64,000 bases of DNA from the human T2T-CHM13v2.0 reference genome, Homo sapiens, in NCBI RefSeq assembly GCF_009914755.1, contig NC_060930.1, one strand, 5' to 3'. A program made the position numbers and the translations under genes. This document shows positions 42,715 to 64,000 of this stretch, piece after piece. The notes below the pieces were generated by a model, which worked only from the letters and a program-made list of their open reading frames with translations, was not told the origin of the DNA and searched no databases. Numbering within the stretch: the stretch's first letter is position 1; the number at the start of each line of letters is the position of its first letter.

Positions 42715-45700
42715 ATAAGCAAATGCATTGTTGATAAAACATTCTGTCAATAACGTAAACTGTGAAAATTCCAGGACCAATCTTGTAACATGAGATAAAT
42801 AAGAATATTTATTATGCATGTTTTATACAGTAACACCAAAATAACGCTCAATAAGTTACACAGCTGTTTTCTAGAAACATGGCAAAAGAAAAAAAACAGT
42901 AGGAATAATATGTATTACTCAAAATTGAAAATATGGTCATCTTTTAAACAGATTTGAATTCATGATTTCTACGTAAACAAAAACATCATAAATATCTAGA
43001 AATAATCTTTTTTAACAATGCACTAGATACTATCTAAAGGCTCAATTTTATTGCACATATTTGGTTTAGGCTTATTTGATCAATACATGCAGAAAAATAA
43101 ATTACAAACGTGAATTTTTAAAAGGAATCAGGATGTCATTTTGTACTACAAAAATTAGATGAGGGTTGATACATTTCACAGCTTAATCTTCAGAAAATTT
43201 TCTTCAGCTATTGCATAAAATCACTGATTAAAATCATCACACATGGAAGCTAAGAACTATTAAATACAGTAAAATAGCTCTGTTGGTACATTTAAAATAA
43301 GAGAACAGGCAACAACTATTCTTTGAATTGATACCAACTGTCTTCTTTTTATTTATTTTTGAGACAGGGTCTCACTCCGTCACTCTGCAGGAATGCAGTG
43401 GTGTGATCATGGTTCACTGCACCTTGACCTCCTGGGCTCAAGCATCTTCCCCACTCAGCCTCCCAACAGCATGAGCCACCATGCCTGGCTAACAAATTGA
43501 TACCAACTATCACTCTTCTCAGCTACCTAAAAAGGTGGCCTTCACAAGTTTTAAGAACATTAAATGACAATATTGGCACATAATCAATATTTTATCATTT
43601 TATATTTGGAAAAAAACGGGAAGCTGGGGTAAACCAGTTTCTAAATAAAGCTAATGAAACTTTAATTCATTCAAACACTATGGTAGTTATGTTGATGATA
43701 AGTAAACATTATTATTTATTTATACTGTTTCCTGAGGTGATCCAGAAACTACTGTTATTATAGTAGACTTGCTACTATATACATTTACTATCCCTGCAAA
43801 TGTGCTTTGGAAATAATAACAAAAATTTTAAGGTAGACCCATGTGTAATTTAACATGCTTTCTCTGTTACAAAAGCTATCTTTAGGAAATTCTTAAGTAT
43901 CAAAAATCCAATTTATTCCATTTTCAGAAGACAAGGAAAAAGCACTCATAAACTCTAGGCCATAAAAAAATAGGTTTCATAAGTAGCTCCTTTAACATGA
44001 AGAAAATGACAATAAAAATATCTTACTTGCATGTTACTTCTGGAATAATGTCAAAAATCTATGTAGATCTTTCCATTTTAAATGATGTTAAAATAGTGTC
44101 AGCACTGTGACTGACTCATAGCAAGTATGGGTATCTATCCAAATATTTGTCTTTGAAACAAGAAACAAGTGACCATCCGATGAAAAGTGCATGCCTCTTA
44201 ACAGTATCTTTCTGTAAGAAAAATTAGGTGATCTATATTTACATTTGGGCAGTGGGGGGATGAAAACTGCTCTTACCAAGATGGCTGACTTGAATAAAGA
44301 CAGTCAATATTTTTCAAAAAATTCACTGCTCTGGTACTGAGATCTCCATGATAACAGATTACAGTTAAACAGAAAATGCTGTGAAATACCTTTTACAGAA
44401 CACAGCCTGACTTTGCAGATTAACTTAAAGATATATTTCTTGATTATTTCACTGTTAAAAATCAAGAAAAACACTACTAACATTTCAACATCTTAAAAAT
44501 AGAATTTATGCAATGACATTTTTAAGCTCTGCATTTTGTATACTATTACCGTCTTTAATTACAGTTATGTTCATCCATATATCAAAAGGCAGCACTGGTA
44601 ACCTTGATAACATTATATATGCTTATGTGTTTAAGACAGTCTTGATTAAATATTTCCATACCTTATCTGCAGCCACTATTCTTATCCTTTCTTCCCAGGA
44701 GGAGAATGAAGTGGGACTAGGCATTTACCTGGCACTTGCCTGCACTATCATTCATTGGCACTAATGATTAGGATGCTTGAACCATGCAGTTTTGTTTCTA
44801 TTTCAACAATATGACACTGAAGTAGCCATTATCTTTTGATATTTAAGCCTAAGTAATAGTATATTCTTCATGCCAAGTTTTGACAGCTCAATAATTTGTA
44901 TTCTAGAGGGGAAAAATGATATTTTTGCTATTATTTAAAAAGAAAATCAAAAATGCCAGCTTAATGCCCCATTAAAAGCTAAATTCACCTGAACTTATTA
45001 ATGATGCTTGCTGAAGACAAAGTGATTTCAAAACCCCAAAACTGTGTTTAGTATTTACAAGAAGTAGAAAAAGTATATATTTTTCTGTTAAGAATATAAT
45101 TCTCTATCATTTACAAATATAATTTGGTAATTTATATTTCAAAGCTATCCTATGGTCCTATATGGATTATCAACTTCTAATTGCCAATTCTAAATGTTAT
45201 AATCATCTATATTGGGCCTTGGCCAACCACCTGCAAGTTATCCTTAACTCCACCATGAAGAGGGTGCAAGAGATATGTTTATGAAATGCCTCAATATAAT
45301 TCTAGTTTTTCAAAACCTCAAGGTAATAAGCTAACCAGCAGATTATTTGTAAACCCACACTACTGAAATTACAGTGACACCCTTTTATATGGTTGAATTG
45401 TATAAAATATGACCAGGGAACTACACCGTATTAGGTGTTACTTCATGAAATTATGTGTTATAGCAGTTTCCTAAATGGTAGTACACATATATACCACTAG
45501 ATGGCCCTGAGATGATTTTAAGTTAAGTGGTACGTGGATAAACAATTTTTAATAGTTTTACTTTAATATTTATTATAAAAATATAAAAGCACATAAAACA
45601 TGGAATATGGTTGCTCAAAACAAGACTAAGGTTACAAAAGGCTAAAAATATATTTTTTAAAATAACCATGATATAGAATATGTGAGAGTTCAGGAAGGTG

Positions 45701-46064
45701 GCATTACATTTAGGAATCACTGTCTCAAGGAATGATTTGACTTAGCCAGCATCATTTCTGAATGCTTGTAATAATAAGCCACATCATAAAGGGGTTTCCT
45801 TTCCTACTGTAAATTCTGGGAAGTTTTTGTACCCCAGAATAAATACCTGGAAACAAAATTCACATTTATTTTAAGACTATGAATTTTAAAGCATTGAGTA
45901 AATTTACTTTAAAAGGGTTCACCAAAATGGTGAAAAAGTTCAGGACCATTTGAGGAACATGCTATTCCTACAGAAGAGGGAAGACTAGAAAGGCACATTA
46001 TATATTATAGTTATCACTGTGGCATTCAAAAACAAATGACCTAAATAATCATTACCATTAATAG
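42670..46064 (-). other. USP45: USP45 long AU-rich 3'UTR (end approximate)
   Basis: Largely repeat-poor AT-rich stretch after the TAA; minus-strand AATAAA at 43047, 42808 and 42685. Confidence 0.6.
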
Positions 46065-46195
46065 TTATAATACTCTTTCATAGAAAAGAAGGTAGGCTTG
46101 TGCACTAAGTGCTCTTGATTCTGGAACCACCTGTAAGTAAGTGTCACTAACATGGACCCACTGGCCTGCTGATTCACTATCAGCCGCTTTCAAAC
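46065..46195 (-). CDS. USP45: USP45 last coding exon
   Basis: [43 protein letters not shown]-stop; USP-type W-x-x-x-S-D and AYLLFY motifs; TTTTGCTAG| acceptor. Confidence 0.95.
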
Positions 46196-46351
46196 CTAGC
46201 AAAACAAAAAGAAGTACAATTTTAAAGTAAGTATGCTTTAGGTTCTTACTCTAAATTACAAACAATAACATATTCATTACAAACTCTATCTAATGCCAAA
46301 TTTTACCTGAGAAGTCTGTTTTTTCTTGGGTTAAGCATTTTCCAAAAAGAA

Positions 46352-46563
46352 CTTTTTTTTTTTTAAATTATATTTTTAAGTTCTGGAATATCTGTGTAGA
46401 ATGTGGTTTGTTACATAGGTATACATGTGCCATGGTGGTTTGCTGCACCCATCAACCTGTCATCTACATTACGTATTTCTCCTAATGCTATCCCTCCCCT
46501 AGCCCCCCTCCCCCGACAGGCCCAGTGTGTGATGTTCCCCTCCCTGTGTCCATGTGTACTCAT
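46352..46563 (-). mobile_element. L1PA 3'-end fragment
   Basis: Reverse complement of L1 3'UTR (CCTAATGCTATCCCTCCC). Confidence 0.85.
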
Positions 46564-46618
46564 TAGAACAAATTCTTTCAAAGCATTAATATTATAGGTA
46601 TAATTAATAATGCTGTCT

Positions 46619-47055
<437 letters not shown>

Positions 47056-47168
47056 TCAGTACCTTAAAATACCATGTCATCTCATATGACCTAGAAGGGT
47101 ACAGTCTTCATAATATTTGAGATTTTCTAGGCACTCCTAGAGGGAATTCTTAAGGTGAATCCAGTTGA

Positions 47169-47470
47169 GGCTGGGCATGGTGGCTCACACCTGTAATCCC
47201 AGCACTTTGGGAGGCCGAGGCGGGCAAATCACTTGAGGTCAGGAGTTTGAGGCCAGCCTGGCCAACACGGCGAAACCCCGTCTCTACTAAAAATATAAAA
47301 AATTAGTCACGTGTGGTAGCACGTGCCTGTAATCTCAGCTATTCAGGAGGCTGAGGCATAAGAATCACTTGAACCCAGGAGACAGAGGTTGCAGTGAGCC
47401 AAGATCGTGCCACTGCACTCCAGCTTGGATGACTGAGACTCTGTCTCAATCAATCAATCAATCAATCAAT
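47169..47470 (+). mobile_element. AluS with (TCAA)n tail
   Basis: Alu consensus. Confidence 0.9.
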
Positions 47471-47596
47471 TAAGTTAAAATAAAGCAAGCAAGCAAATCC
47501 ACTAGAGGCATCTATGAAATAATAACTTAGCTCTCCCAGAAAAGGAAGCACATATTCGTTTGTTTTTAAGAATAAAATAAACTTAGGATGGCATAC

Positions 47597-47750
47597 CAGG
47601 CACATTTTTCTTTTTAGTGTTATGTTCCGATAATTTCCTGGAGGGTGTTCTCACTTTCACATAAGCAGTGTAGTGGCCTTCTCTCATCGAGCCACTATGT
47701 TCCACTATGCCATAGAGACCGTAGAGAACTTTATCTCCCACACTTGCATT
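47597..47750 (-). CDS. USP45: USP45 penultimate exon (His box)
   Basis: 154 nt; [32 protein letters not shown]...; donor CTG|GTATGC. Confidence 0.95.
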
Positions 47751-47907
47751 CTTTTAAACAAAGAAAAAAACCCAAATTAGTAATATTTGTTAAATACTGT
47801 TTTAAGGAAAAGTAAGTAAATGTATATCTGCTTAACATAAGAAAAATGCATAGTAAAACTGAGATACTTTCCATACTTACTAGGCTGGCAAAATGGAAAA
47901 ACCTTAA

Positions 47908-48308
<401 letters not shown>

Positions 48309-50119
48309 TATGCAGGGATATTTCATGTTATCAGGCTAAGTTCTGTATGTATTACTCTTGGATTCATTAATCCTTTTTCTAGGATTTGATCCCACAAATA
48401 CATGAGCAAAATGTCAAAAGACATGTACCACACTATTAATTGCAGGATTATCTGTAATATCAAAACACGAATTAAAATGTCTGTAAATTGGGGACTGGTT
48501 GAATAAACTATGATGCATCCACACAATAGAGTATTATGCTGCTTGAAAAATGGAGTGTAGACTATCTCTAAATGGTGCTATGGAATAAGCTGTAGGATAT
48601 AATGTTAAGAGTAAGGCAGAAAAAAGGATACACAGTGTCAGCTACCATTATTTAAGAGGGGAGATGAAAATATACATGCCTGTCTGCTTATATTTAAAAA
48701 AAATTATAAAAGAATAAGCCATAATTTTTAAAATGGTTACCTATAAGGGGAAGGAGCAAACAGGTAGAATGTCATGGAGAAAAGCCAGATATCTTTCAAT
48801 TTACCTTATTTAGGTACATTTGACTTTGGACCTATATAAATATGTTATGTAATTATTAAACAAAATTAAATTTTAAAAAAAATTCCAAAAAGTGAAAATT
48901 AAAAATTGCACAAATGAACAATAGATCCAGTCCTTATCTGGATAATAATTGATTTTAAAAATCACATTTATGAGACAATTGAAAATATGAACACTAGGTG
49001 ATATGACAGAATTATTAAATGATATTGTGGTTATGTTAAAAAGTGTAGAGGGAGCAATTCTTATCTGTTAGAGATACATAGTGAAATATTATGGGTGAAA
49101 TGATTCCTGATGTTTGCTTCAAAATAATAAAGGAGAAGAAAGTGAATTAGTGTGTGGATAGGGCAGGACTGGCCATGGATGTAAGGTTTTAGGGCTGGGT
49201 GCTGGAAGTTCATGGTACTGTTCTATTTGCTTTTGTGTTTATTGGAAATTCTCCGTAATAGGTACTTTTTAAAAATATGTTTTCATAAGTTTAACACAAA
49301 GATTGTTAAATTTCATTATTATTTACCACATTATTAAATTCTAGGAATACTGAGTATTAACAATTGACAGATAGTGCTGGTATTCCACAGCAGATACACT
49401 GTAATTCAACCAAAAATTGCATTTAAGATGATTTTGTTTTGATTATCAATGTGCTGAAAGTATTAAGTTCAATAAGCATTCTATTACATACTACAAAATC
49501 TAGACTTCTAGCCAGTAATCATGAACAGGACAGTATGTTACCCCATAACTGCTTCCTTCAAGGAAGACCAAGTCATCTACTTCATCTACACAATTCTTAC
49601 ATGTAAAATAAGCAATGATAAGCCAGTCTGCTTTCTGTACCTAATTATTAAAGTAGCAGCAGTTTTGAAGTATCACACTCCGCTGACAAGTACACCACTC
49701 TCAGTAGTACACATGAAGTGGCACGAAAGACAATTCACTTCTACACTGATTTGCAAAAGATACAGAACTCCGCAAATGGTAAAACTACTACTGATTAAAC
49801 AGTTCACAAGGAACAATCGAGGACACAAAACCTCCTTCTCTCAGCAACCATCAGCTTCCAGTAGCACTTACAAACAGCTTAGACCTTCATAACCATCATG
49901 CCTCATGCCTTACCTTTTCAATTTTCCTTTGTCTCCCAAAGGACAAAAATCATATTCAATGTATTAAGTGTTCCACATATTACTGACTTAATCACTGGCT
50001 ATTAAAATTCCCTTTCAGAAGAGAAGTTATTTTTTTAGAAAAAGCATTGTCTAATAATATATAGGATACTTTCAAGCATATTAATTTATAAATCAATTAA
50101 ATATCTTAATATACTGTAC

Positions 50120-50206
50120 CTTACAAGTAGCAGAGCAGAATGGTGCTAAATCGAGCATAAGTGGAAAATCTACATGTCTGTTTACTTTACGAAGACTCAA
50201 GCCAGC
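50120..50206 (-). CDS. USP45: USP45 exon
   Basis: 87 nt; [29 protein letters not shown]; GT-AG boundaries. Confidence 0.94.
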
Positions 50207-51565
50207 CTTAAAAAGACCAAAACATTTTTGAAATGCAACAATTAGAAATAAAGCATTGTCTTTGTTAACTAAAACCAAAAGAGAAATTGTAGGACTTAGT
50301 TTTTTCATAGATAAAAAATGTGACTAATGTATAGTCTAAAATTAATATGAATAAATTAAAAATTAGGTTTCATAAATTGTTACTGCAAAGATTATTCATT
50401 TACATGGGGATTTTTACCACAAACAATAGGGGGAATAGTTACTTTCATTATGGCTTTTCAACACTTATGGAAAAATAAATTCAATATGAAAGCTAAGCTA
50501 CTGACACATATGCTATCATGAAAATATATTCAACTAAAGAGTAAACAGATTGGTGTTCTAGGCCTAACTCAGTGACTGGTTGTCAACTTGATTCCATATA
50601 TAAAAGGATGAGATTAGGTCCTTTTCAGTTCTAAAATTCAATTATATTCATTCATTAAAACAAACAACCTGAACACTCAAAACATTTTATCAGTAAAAGT
50701 AAATGCTATATATTACATAAATAAAATTGTACTTTTATGTTCTTAAATATGCTCTCTTTTTCTAATTTTCAAAGGCAAACCTTAAAAAGTATATGCTTTG
50801 CATTATGTAATGGTAATAAAAACTAGCTAATAAAATATCAAAGGTATTGAGGAGACCCATAAATAGAAATGGACTCTGTTGGAATGAAAAGATACCTAAA
50901 TCTGAAATGAATGGGTAGACAAAAACGAAAAGGGGCAACCTGTCATGACGTCAATGACTGATCTTTCATTTGCATACTAATCACAAGTTTACTGTAGATC
51001 TGTTGCTTTTTTATGGCTTATCTTTCTTTAAAAACAAAAAACCCTTTTTTTTTGCCGAAGTGTATTCACCTACTGATTTGTTTTTTCAAGTGATCTTTAG
51101 AAGGCTTGAAAATAGCTGACATGAAATTATGACATCATATCCCAGGAATATTTAATCTACATTCAATTTCTTTGCCTTTTTCATCAGGTGACCTCTATAA
51201 GCACCCAATACCAGCACTGTCTGAGATCATTTCAGCTATTGTGTTCTCCTCAATCAGTACTTTGCTGTTGAGAAACTACCCCATCATACAAGAGACTGTG
51301 TGAAGGACTTTAATATAAGATGAATCTTTTTTTAGGTGGTAATTTTTGGAAAATATCTAGACTTATATTTGCATATACAGTCTCCTGCCTTTTTCCCTTT
51401 AATGAAATGATACACTGCATTTTCCATATTAAAATATAAATTTGATATCCTGCACATTGGACATTTAAGCTAGGCCTTACGTCTGGCATGATCTGAGTGG
51501 GGCACACACAAATTTTTGTGTATATCTCTATTTCCTTGTGGTAGATTCTTAGTCAAGAGTAATTA

Positions 51566-51915
<350 letters not shown>

Positions 51916-52899
51916 TCATATTCATTACTAAATTGCTTTCTAGCTGGTGTTACCAACTTACACTCCCAATGCTGGTAAATGAAAATGTCTCTATCTCAGT
52001 TCATCCTTATCAACACTACTACATCTTTGCTAATTTGGACAGGTTGAAAAAAGAATCTGCCATTTTATTTTGCCTTTCTTTTGCTGGGAAGGATGGACCT
52101 TTTTCATACTTGCCTGGACTTTGTACTTCTAGAAATGTCAGTTGATATTCTTTTCCCATTTTACTATTAGGGTCTGATATTTTTCTTATTGATCTTTAAG
52201 ACTCTTTATATACTTACAATATTAAAATTTTGGCATATTTATGACAAAGATCTCTATTCAGTTTCAGATTTGCATTTAAGTGTTGTGGATGTTTCTGATA
52301 TACAGCCCTAAAGCTACCATAGAGAAGGCGTTCAGGGATGTCAATGAACTAGAAACACAGGCATTGCTTAGGGACTCTGCTCCCTACAATGCCCAAACCC
52401 TGGGAATAAGAATGTGGCTTTGCTGACATTACATTTAGCTTGAGAGAAAAAGGGACCTAGATGGATGTCCATAAATATTTCCCTTTAAGGGCAAGAATTA
52501 TTTCTGTAAGTTGTTTCTAAACAGGGATGCAAGTACCAAATATAAAATAACTGCGGTGCATCATGAAATTAGCTTCTGCAATCTGGCATTATCCTCTCTT
52601 ATTCACACAGAATCACTGCAGATGTACCCTTTCCATTAGGCGCTCTGATATGACAAGACATAATACATCTGCTTCTGTTCTCTGTGTCATTTCAGTTCCA
52701 TTGAGCTTCTACAACCTTGGCTATGGAAGAATTCAGAACTTAATCTAATCTGTGGATAGGGATGGCAGGATGGAGAAAAATCTCCTCTCGCACATCTGGA
52801 TCCCACCTAAAATGTTGCAAATATGTAAACTATCAATAGTTTTCCTTGAGATTTCCTTCTTAAGGTTTTATATTTAGAAAGTCTTTCACACAGAGGTCA

Positions 52900-53216
<317 letters not shown>

Positions 53217-53219
53217 TTA

Positions 53220-53665
<446 letters not shown>

Positions 53666-53918
53666 CTATTACCACACAAACACACACAGAGATACCATTT
53701 AGGTTCCTGCTGCCTAAATTTTCAAATATTGTGAATTAAACAATTTTAATCAGGAAAGTCTTATAAACTATTATGGCTAGATGAGCAGTAAATCTCACAT
53801 GACACATTTTAAAATGCAATAAGTTACTGGTTATTGTCTAATTCTTGACAATATTCTATAGGACTTAATGCTCTGTAAAACACATGATGAAAATTATGGT
53901 GCTACTGAAGAAACTTAC

Positions 53919-54016
53919 CTGATGAAATCTTTTCAGGTGGAGAATTAGGACAGCTGGAACAGCAGAAATGAGCAATTGCTTCCTGGCATTAGTATAAACT
54001 CCTTCTACTTTCTTTT
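53919..54016 (-). CDS. USP45: USP45 exon
   Basis: 98 nt; EKKVEGVYTNARKQLLISAVPAVLILHLKRFHQ (LHLKRF USP motif); donor CAG|GTAAGT. Confidence 0.95.
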
Positions 54017-54375
54017 CTACATAAAATACAATAAATTTATTTATAAAATTCCATTTTATACATTATCTACCATATAATAAAAATTTATACAGAAGTATCA
54101 TACCACATTTTTAAAAATGTTAAAGAAATTGGACTTCTGATGAAAGGACAGTCTTTACTCCTTCCTAAAACTCTGCTAAAATGAAAGTAAAGGAATTTTT
54201 TTTAAGGCACACAGTTAATAAGAACAAAGAATAGGAGAGGTAACACGAAACAAAATTTTGGAAGGTAGAAAGCAGATGGACTAGAATTAATTTCTGTCAA
54301 TGCCCTCCAGCCAAAAATCACCAGAAGCACGTGTAGTTGAAGAATTTGGGTTTAAAAAGATTTCTAGATTTCTAA

Positions 54376-54684
<309 letters not shown>

Positions 54685-54760
54685 TAAGATTTATGTTAGT
54701 ATTTGAACATTGCCAATTGCATATAGGTATTTCTTCCTTCTCCCATTTCTTTATTACTAG

Positions 54761-55299
54761 TGTATTAAGTATGTCTTTATTCTGATGCTTTGACATCTAG
54801 GGTCTGGTTAACATTGGAGGGACAACCCCTCCCAGGGCTAATTCCTAGAGATAGTAAACAACTTACATATGCATGCCTGTCACATGCAAACCAATCCAGA
54901 GCCCAGAGCGCATACCCCAACAACCTCCTTCACTGGGCTCTTACACTCTGGGACACTATCCACTTGCTGTAATCACTCTAGGACCAGGCACCTGATAACT
55001 AAAGACAGCTCCTATATCCCAGAGCCCACTAATATTATTCAAACTAGCCAATCCTAAGCCTGCTTAGCCTGCCTTACCCATTTCTTCCTTTAGAAATCAC
55101 ACTAAAGGCTCCTGCCCATGTTTTCCCCTCACTCCCCTACCTCCTGACTGACGCTGGTGCTTCCCTGTGTGGTCCTGTGCAGCATGGTGGGCCCCCACTT
55201 CTTGGGAACTATGAATAACACACTATTTCTTCAGTGGCAATTATCTCCTGATCTTTCAGCCTCACCGTACCTGAATAATAAAGCCTACATTTTAAAACA
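54761..55299 (+). mobile_element. ERVL-type solo LTR (MER74/MER73-like)
   Basis: TG...CA ends; GATGCTTTGACATCT...CCCCTCCCAGGGCTAATTCCTAGAGATAG motif; ACTAG/AGTAG flanks. Confidence 0.65.
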
Positions 55300-55556
55300 A
55301 GTAGTCACTAAGAATCAGAGTATTCTTTCCATTTACTCAAGGATAAAGATGAACTGAAAATTTCTTATTTTCCCCCTTTCTCCACTTCTCTCTGACCAAC
55401 TAATCATGGTAATTATAGCGCTAGCTTTATGACATGCTACTATTTAAAATCTTCAAAATTTATCTTACGTTGAGTTTACAACAGATTGATAGGATCTGTG
55501 AAACACATTAGCTTTATCATTTATCTTACCAGTGATACAATTAGAAGTTTTAGGGA

Positions 55557-55853
55557 GGCCAGGCATGGTGGCTCACACCCGTAATCTCAGCACTTTGGGA
55601 GGCCAAGGCGGGTGGATCATGAGGTCAGGCATTCAAGACCAGCCTGGCCAAGATGGTGAAACCCCATCTCTACTAAAAATACAAAAATTAGCTGGGCATG
55701 GTGGTGGGCGCCTGTAATCTCAGCTACTCAGGAGGCTGAGGCAGAATAATCGCTTGAACTCAGGAGGTGGAGGTTGCAGTGAGCCGAGATCGCGCCACTG
55801 TACTCCAGCCTGGGCAACAGAGTGAGACTCCATCTCCAAAAAAAAAAAAAAAA
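55557..55853 (+). mobile_element. AluS
   Basis: Alu consensus with poly-A. Confidence 0.9.
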
Positions 55854-56150
55854 GTTGTAGGGATATTTCTTCTGGATAGATTTCAGATAGGTAGTTCCCT
55901 CAAATAAGATTATATGGGTTTGCATTTTCAAGGCAGAGTTGTATACTTCCTGCTCTTTATTTAAATAAAAAAACTTGAAAATCTGTTCTGCCCAGTATTG
56001 TAAGCGCTCAGGTACAAATATGAATGAAACAATCTCTGCCTAAGTAACACAAGTATAGGGACAAGATTCTCAGTAAAATTCTCAGTGAAATTTGTAACTC
56101 ACTAGACACTATCAGGAGATCAATAATTATGTAATTAAAAAAATAATTAC

Positions 56151-56817
56151 CTGCAAAACTGGTTTCTTCTTGGTACTTCTGTTTGTTTTTAGTACAATTC
56201 TCACATAGAAGCTTATTATTCCCCATTAGTAATTCCATAGATGTAAACTGGTAGAGACAGGACTGAATTGAACATTCTTTAGAAGTAGTTATATAGCTCT
56301 GAGAAAGGGTCTGAAAAGCATTTTGGGGACTATAAGACCTCAAATGCTTCCCCTCTAAAAAACATAAATTATTTGAAATATTTAGTGGCTGATTTTCTCT
56401 GTCAAAATCTTGATCTCCAGTTACAGTGCTGCTCAAACGAAGTTCAGAAATAGCTTCTGCCATTTCCTTATCACCACTGTCAGTCTCCTTGGTGTACAGC
56501 AGTTTACCTGCTGACAGAGGGTAAAGGGGTCCATCTGGCTGCACACCGGATCCACTACTGGATCTGAACAGCCCAGTCTGCTTTGAAGCACTTTCAGATT
56601 CTGAAGGCTCACTGTCAGCATCAACATTGCTTTCAGAATGGCTGGCTTCTTTTTCACTGTCATCAGTAGGGCTTTCATTCAGACGTGACTCAGAATTCAT
56701 GAGGCTGGCAAACATTAAAGAATCCCCATTCATTTCAAGGTTTTCATTTTTCTGGTATGTGACAGTTTCTCCAGATGACAATTTTCTAATACATTTTCGG
56801 TCATGAATTAGTTGACT
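56151..56817 (-). CDS. USP45: USP45 large exon (acidic/Ser-rich insert plus CxxC of the fingers subdomain)
   Basis: 667 nt; SQLIHDRKCIRKLSSGETV...SIQSCLYQFTSMELLMGNNKLLCENC...; ACTTACAG| acceptor, CAG|GTAATT donor. Confidence 0.95.
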
Positions 56818-57106
56818 CTGTAAGTTGACAGTGTTTTCAAAGAAAAGAGTCTTGTAACCTCATTGAAAATAAATGCCAATAATTCTTAAACATATCATAG
56901 TTATTAAATACCATTTCTCTCAGATCCATTTCCTAAGCCTACTGAAACTAAGATCACTAGAAGATATACTAAAAAATAGTTCTATTTTAAAAGTAAATCT
57001 TCACACAAGAAACTAACAACAGTGTAACAGAGGCTATTTGTGGGGAAGGAAATAGGACTTTTGTAGAACAGGGCTATGAGGGAGACTTTTTTCTTTAAAA
57101 GAAAAA

Positions 57107-57360
57107 TCTCTTTTAGAGACAGCATCTTGCTCTGTTGCCCAGGCTAGAGTGCAGTGGCACAATCACAGCTCACTGCAGCCTCAAACTCTCGGACTCAAGT
57201 GATCCTCCCACCTCAGCCTCCCATGTAGTTACTACTACAAGTATGTACCACCATACCTGGCTAATTTTTTAATTTTTTGTAGAGATAAAGTCTCGCCATG
57301 TTGCTTAGGCTGGTCTTGAACTCCTGACCTCAAGCAATCCTCCCACCTTGGCTTCCCAAA
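57107..57360 (-). mobile_element. AluJ
   Basis: Diverged Alu. Confidence 0.85.
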
Positions 57361-57878
57361 GGAGACTTTTCAGTTACTGTATAAGCCTTTCCATACTTGT
57401 TCATTTTTAAACACTGAAAATGTATCTGTTTTTTAAACAAATTAAAAAGTAACAAAAGTAAACTATAAACTATTATGACACAGTGTTGCTTGGTTGCCAT
57501 AGATCTGGAAGAAAATTACGGGAAAAAAATAACCTAAGTTTGGGAAGGGGGGAATCAACTAATTAAAAATTTTAAGCTACCTGAAATGTTTCACTAAAGT
57601 TTCCACACAGCTGATGGCTTGAAGTACATTTTTCTTTTCCTATACCTTGGCTGAAGGGTCAAGACAAAAAATAAAGAAAAGACTATCATGAGTAATTGAT
57701 ACTCAGTTTTAGTTATTCAGGGGAAGAAGAGTAAGTTATAAAAAGTGTCTTGCCTCAATTTTTTTTATCTGCAAAATCAGGAAAAATAACATTAGCCAAC
57801 AAGTTCCACTCCGCTGAATTTATATAGTACTTTTTTTTGGAAACAAACTTTCCTATTATACATATAATACTAACAGTT

Positions 57879-63521
<5,643 letters not shown>

Positions 63522-64000
63522 CATAAAAGGCATCCAAATTGGAAAAGAAGTCAAATTGTTCCTCTTCACAGACGACATAATCTTACATATAGGATAACCT
63601 AAAGACTTCAACAAAAAACTCTTAGAACTGATAAACAAATTCAGTAAAGTTGTTGAATGCAAAATCAACATATGAAAATCAGTAGCGTTTCTATACACTA
63701 ACAACAAAGTAGCTGGAAAAAAAAATCAACAAAGCAATCCTGTTTACAATGGCTACAAAAGAAAAAAAAATTCCACCTAGGAATAATTTAACTGAGGAGG
63801 TGAAAGACCTCCACAAGGAAAACTATAAAATACTGATGAAAGAAACTGAAGGAGACACAAACGAAAAAGCATCCCATGCTCATGGATCAGGAAAATATTA
63901 AAATGACTATGCTACCCAAAGCAATCTATAGACTCCATGAATTCCTATCAAAATTCCAATGACGTTTTTCACATAAAAAGAAAAAACAATCCTAAAATAT
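63522..64000 (+). mobile_element. Older L1 (L1PB/L1MA-like) ORF2 fragment
   Basis: Diverged RT-region sequence (AAAGGCATCCAAATTGGAAAAGAAGTCAAATTG...), homologous to 61545-62040. Confidence 0.85.

Overview
Human/hominid genomic DNA with three tandem minus-strand genes, recognised from their translated exons as the USP45-PNISR-COQ3 locus (6q16 by recall). It holds the last five coding exons and 3'UTR of USP45 (deubiquitinase), the complete PNISR/SFRS18 gene and the first coding exon and CpG-island promoter of COQ3. The ten PNISR coding exons splice with GT-AG boundaries into 2418 nt, giving an 805-aa RS-rich splicing factor. The rest is mostly Alus, a solo HERV-K LTR5_Hs-type LTR, a 5'-truncated disabled L1PA, and older LTR, L1, MIR and DNA-transposon relics; repeat subfamily names are by eye. 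No new gene family was found. The strongest signals are a layered RNA-processing system in PNISR and a 142-bp, 94%-identical non-Alu inverted repeat in PNISR intron 1. The PNISR system comprises a donor overlapping the stop codon that adds a TPPRRKR tail, an intronic hydrophobic C-terminus with its own poly(A) signal, candidate poison/recursive exons and a uORF exon. Some of these isoforms may already be annotated.
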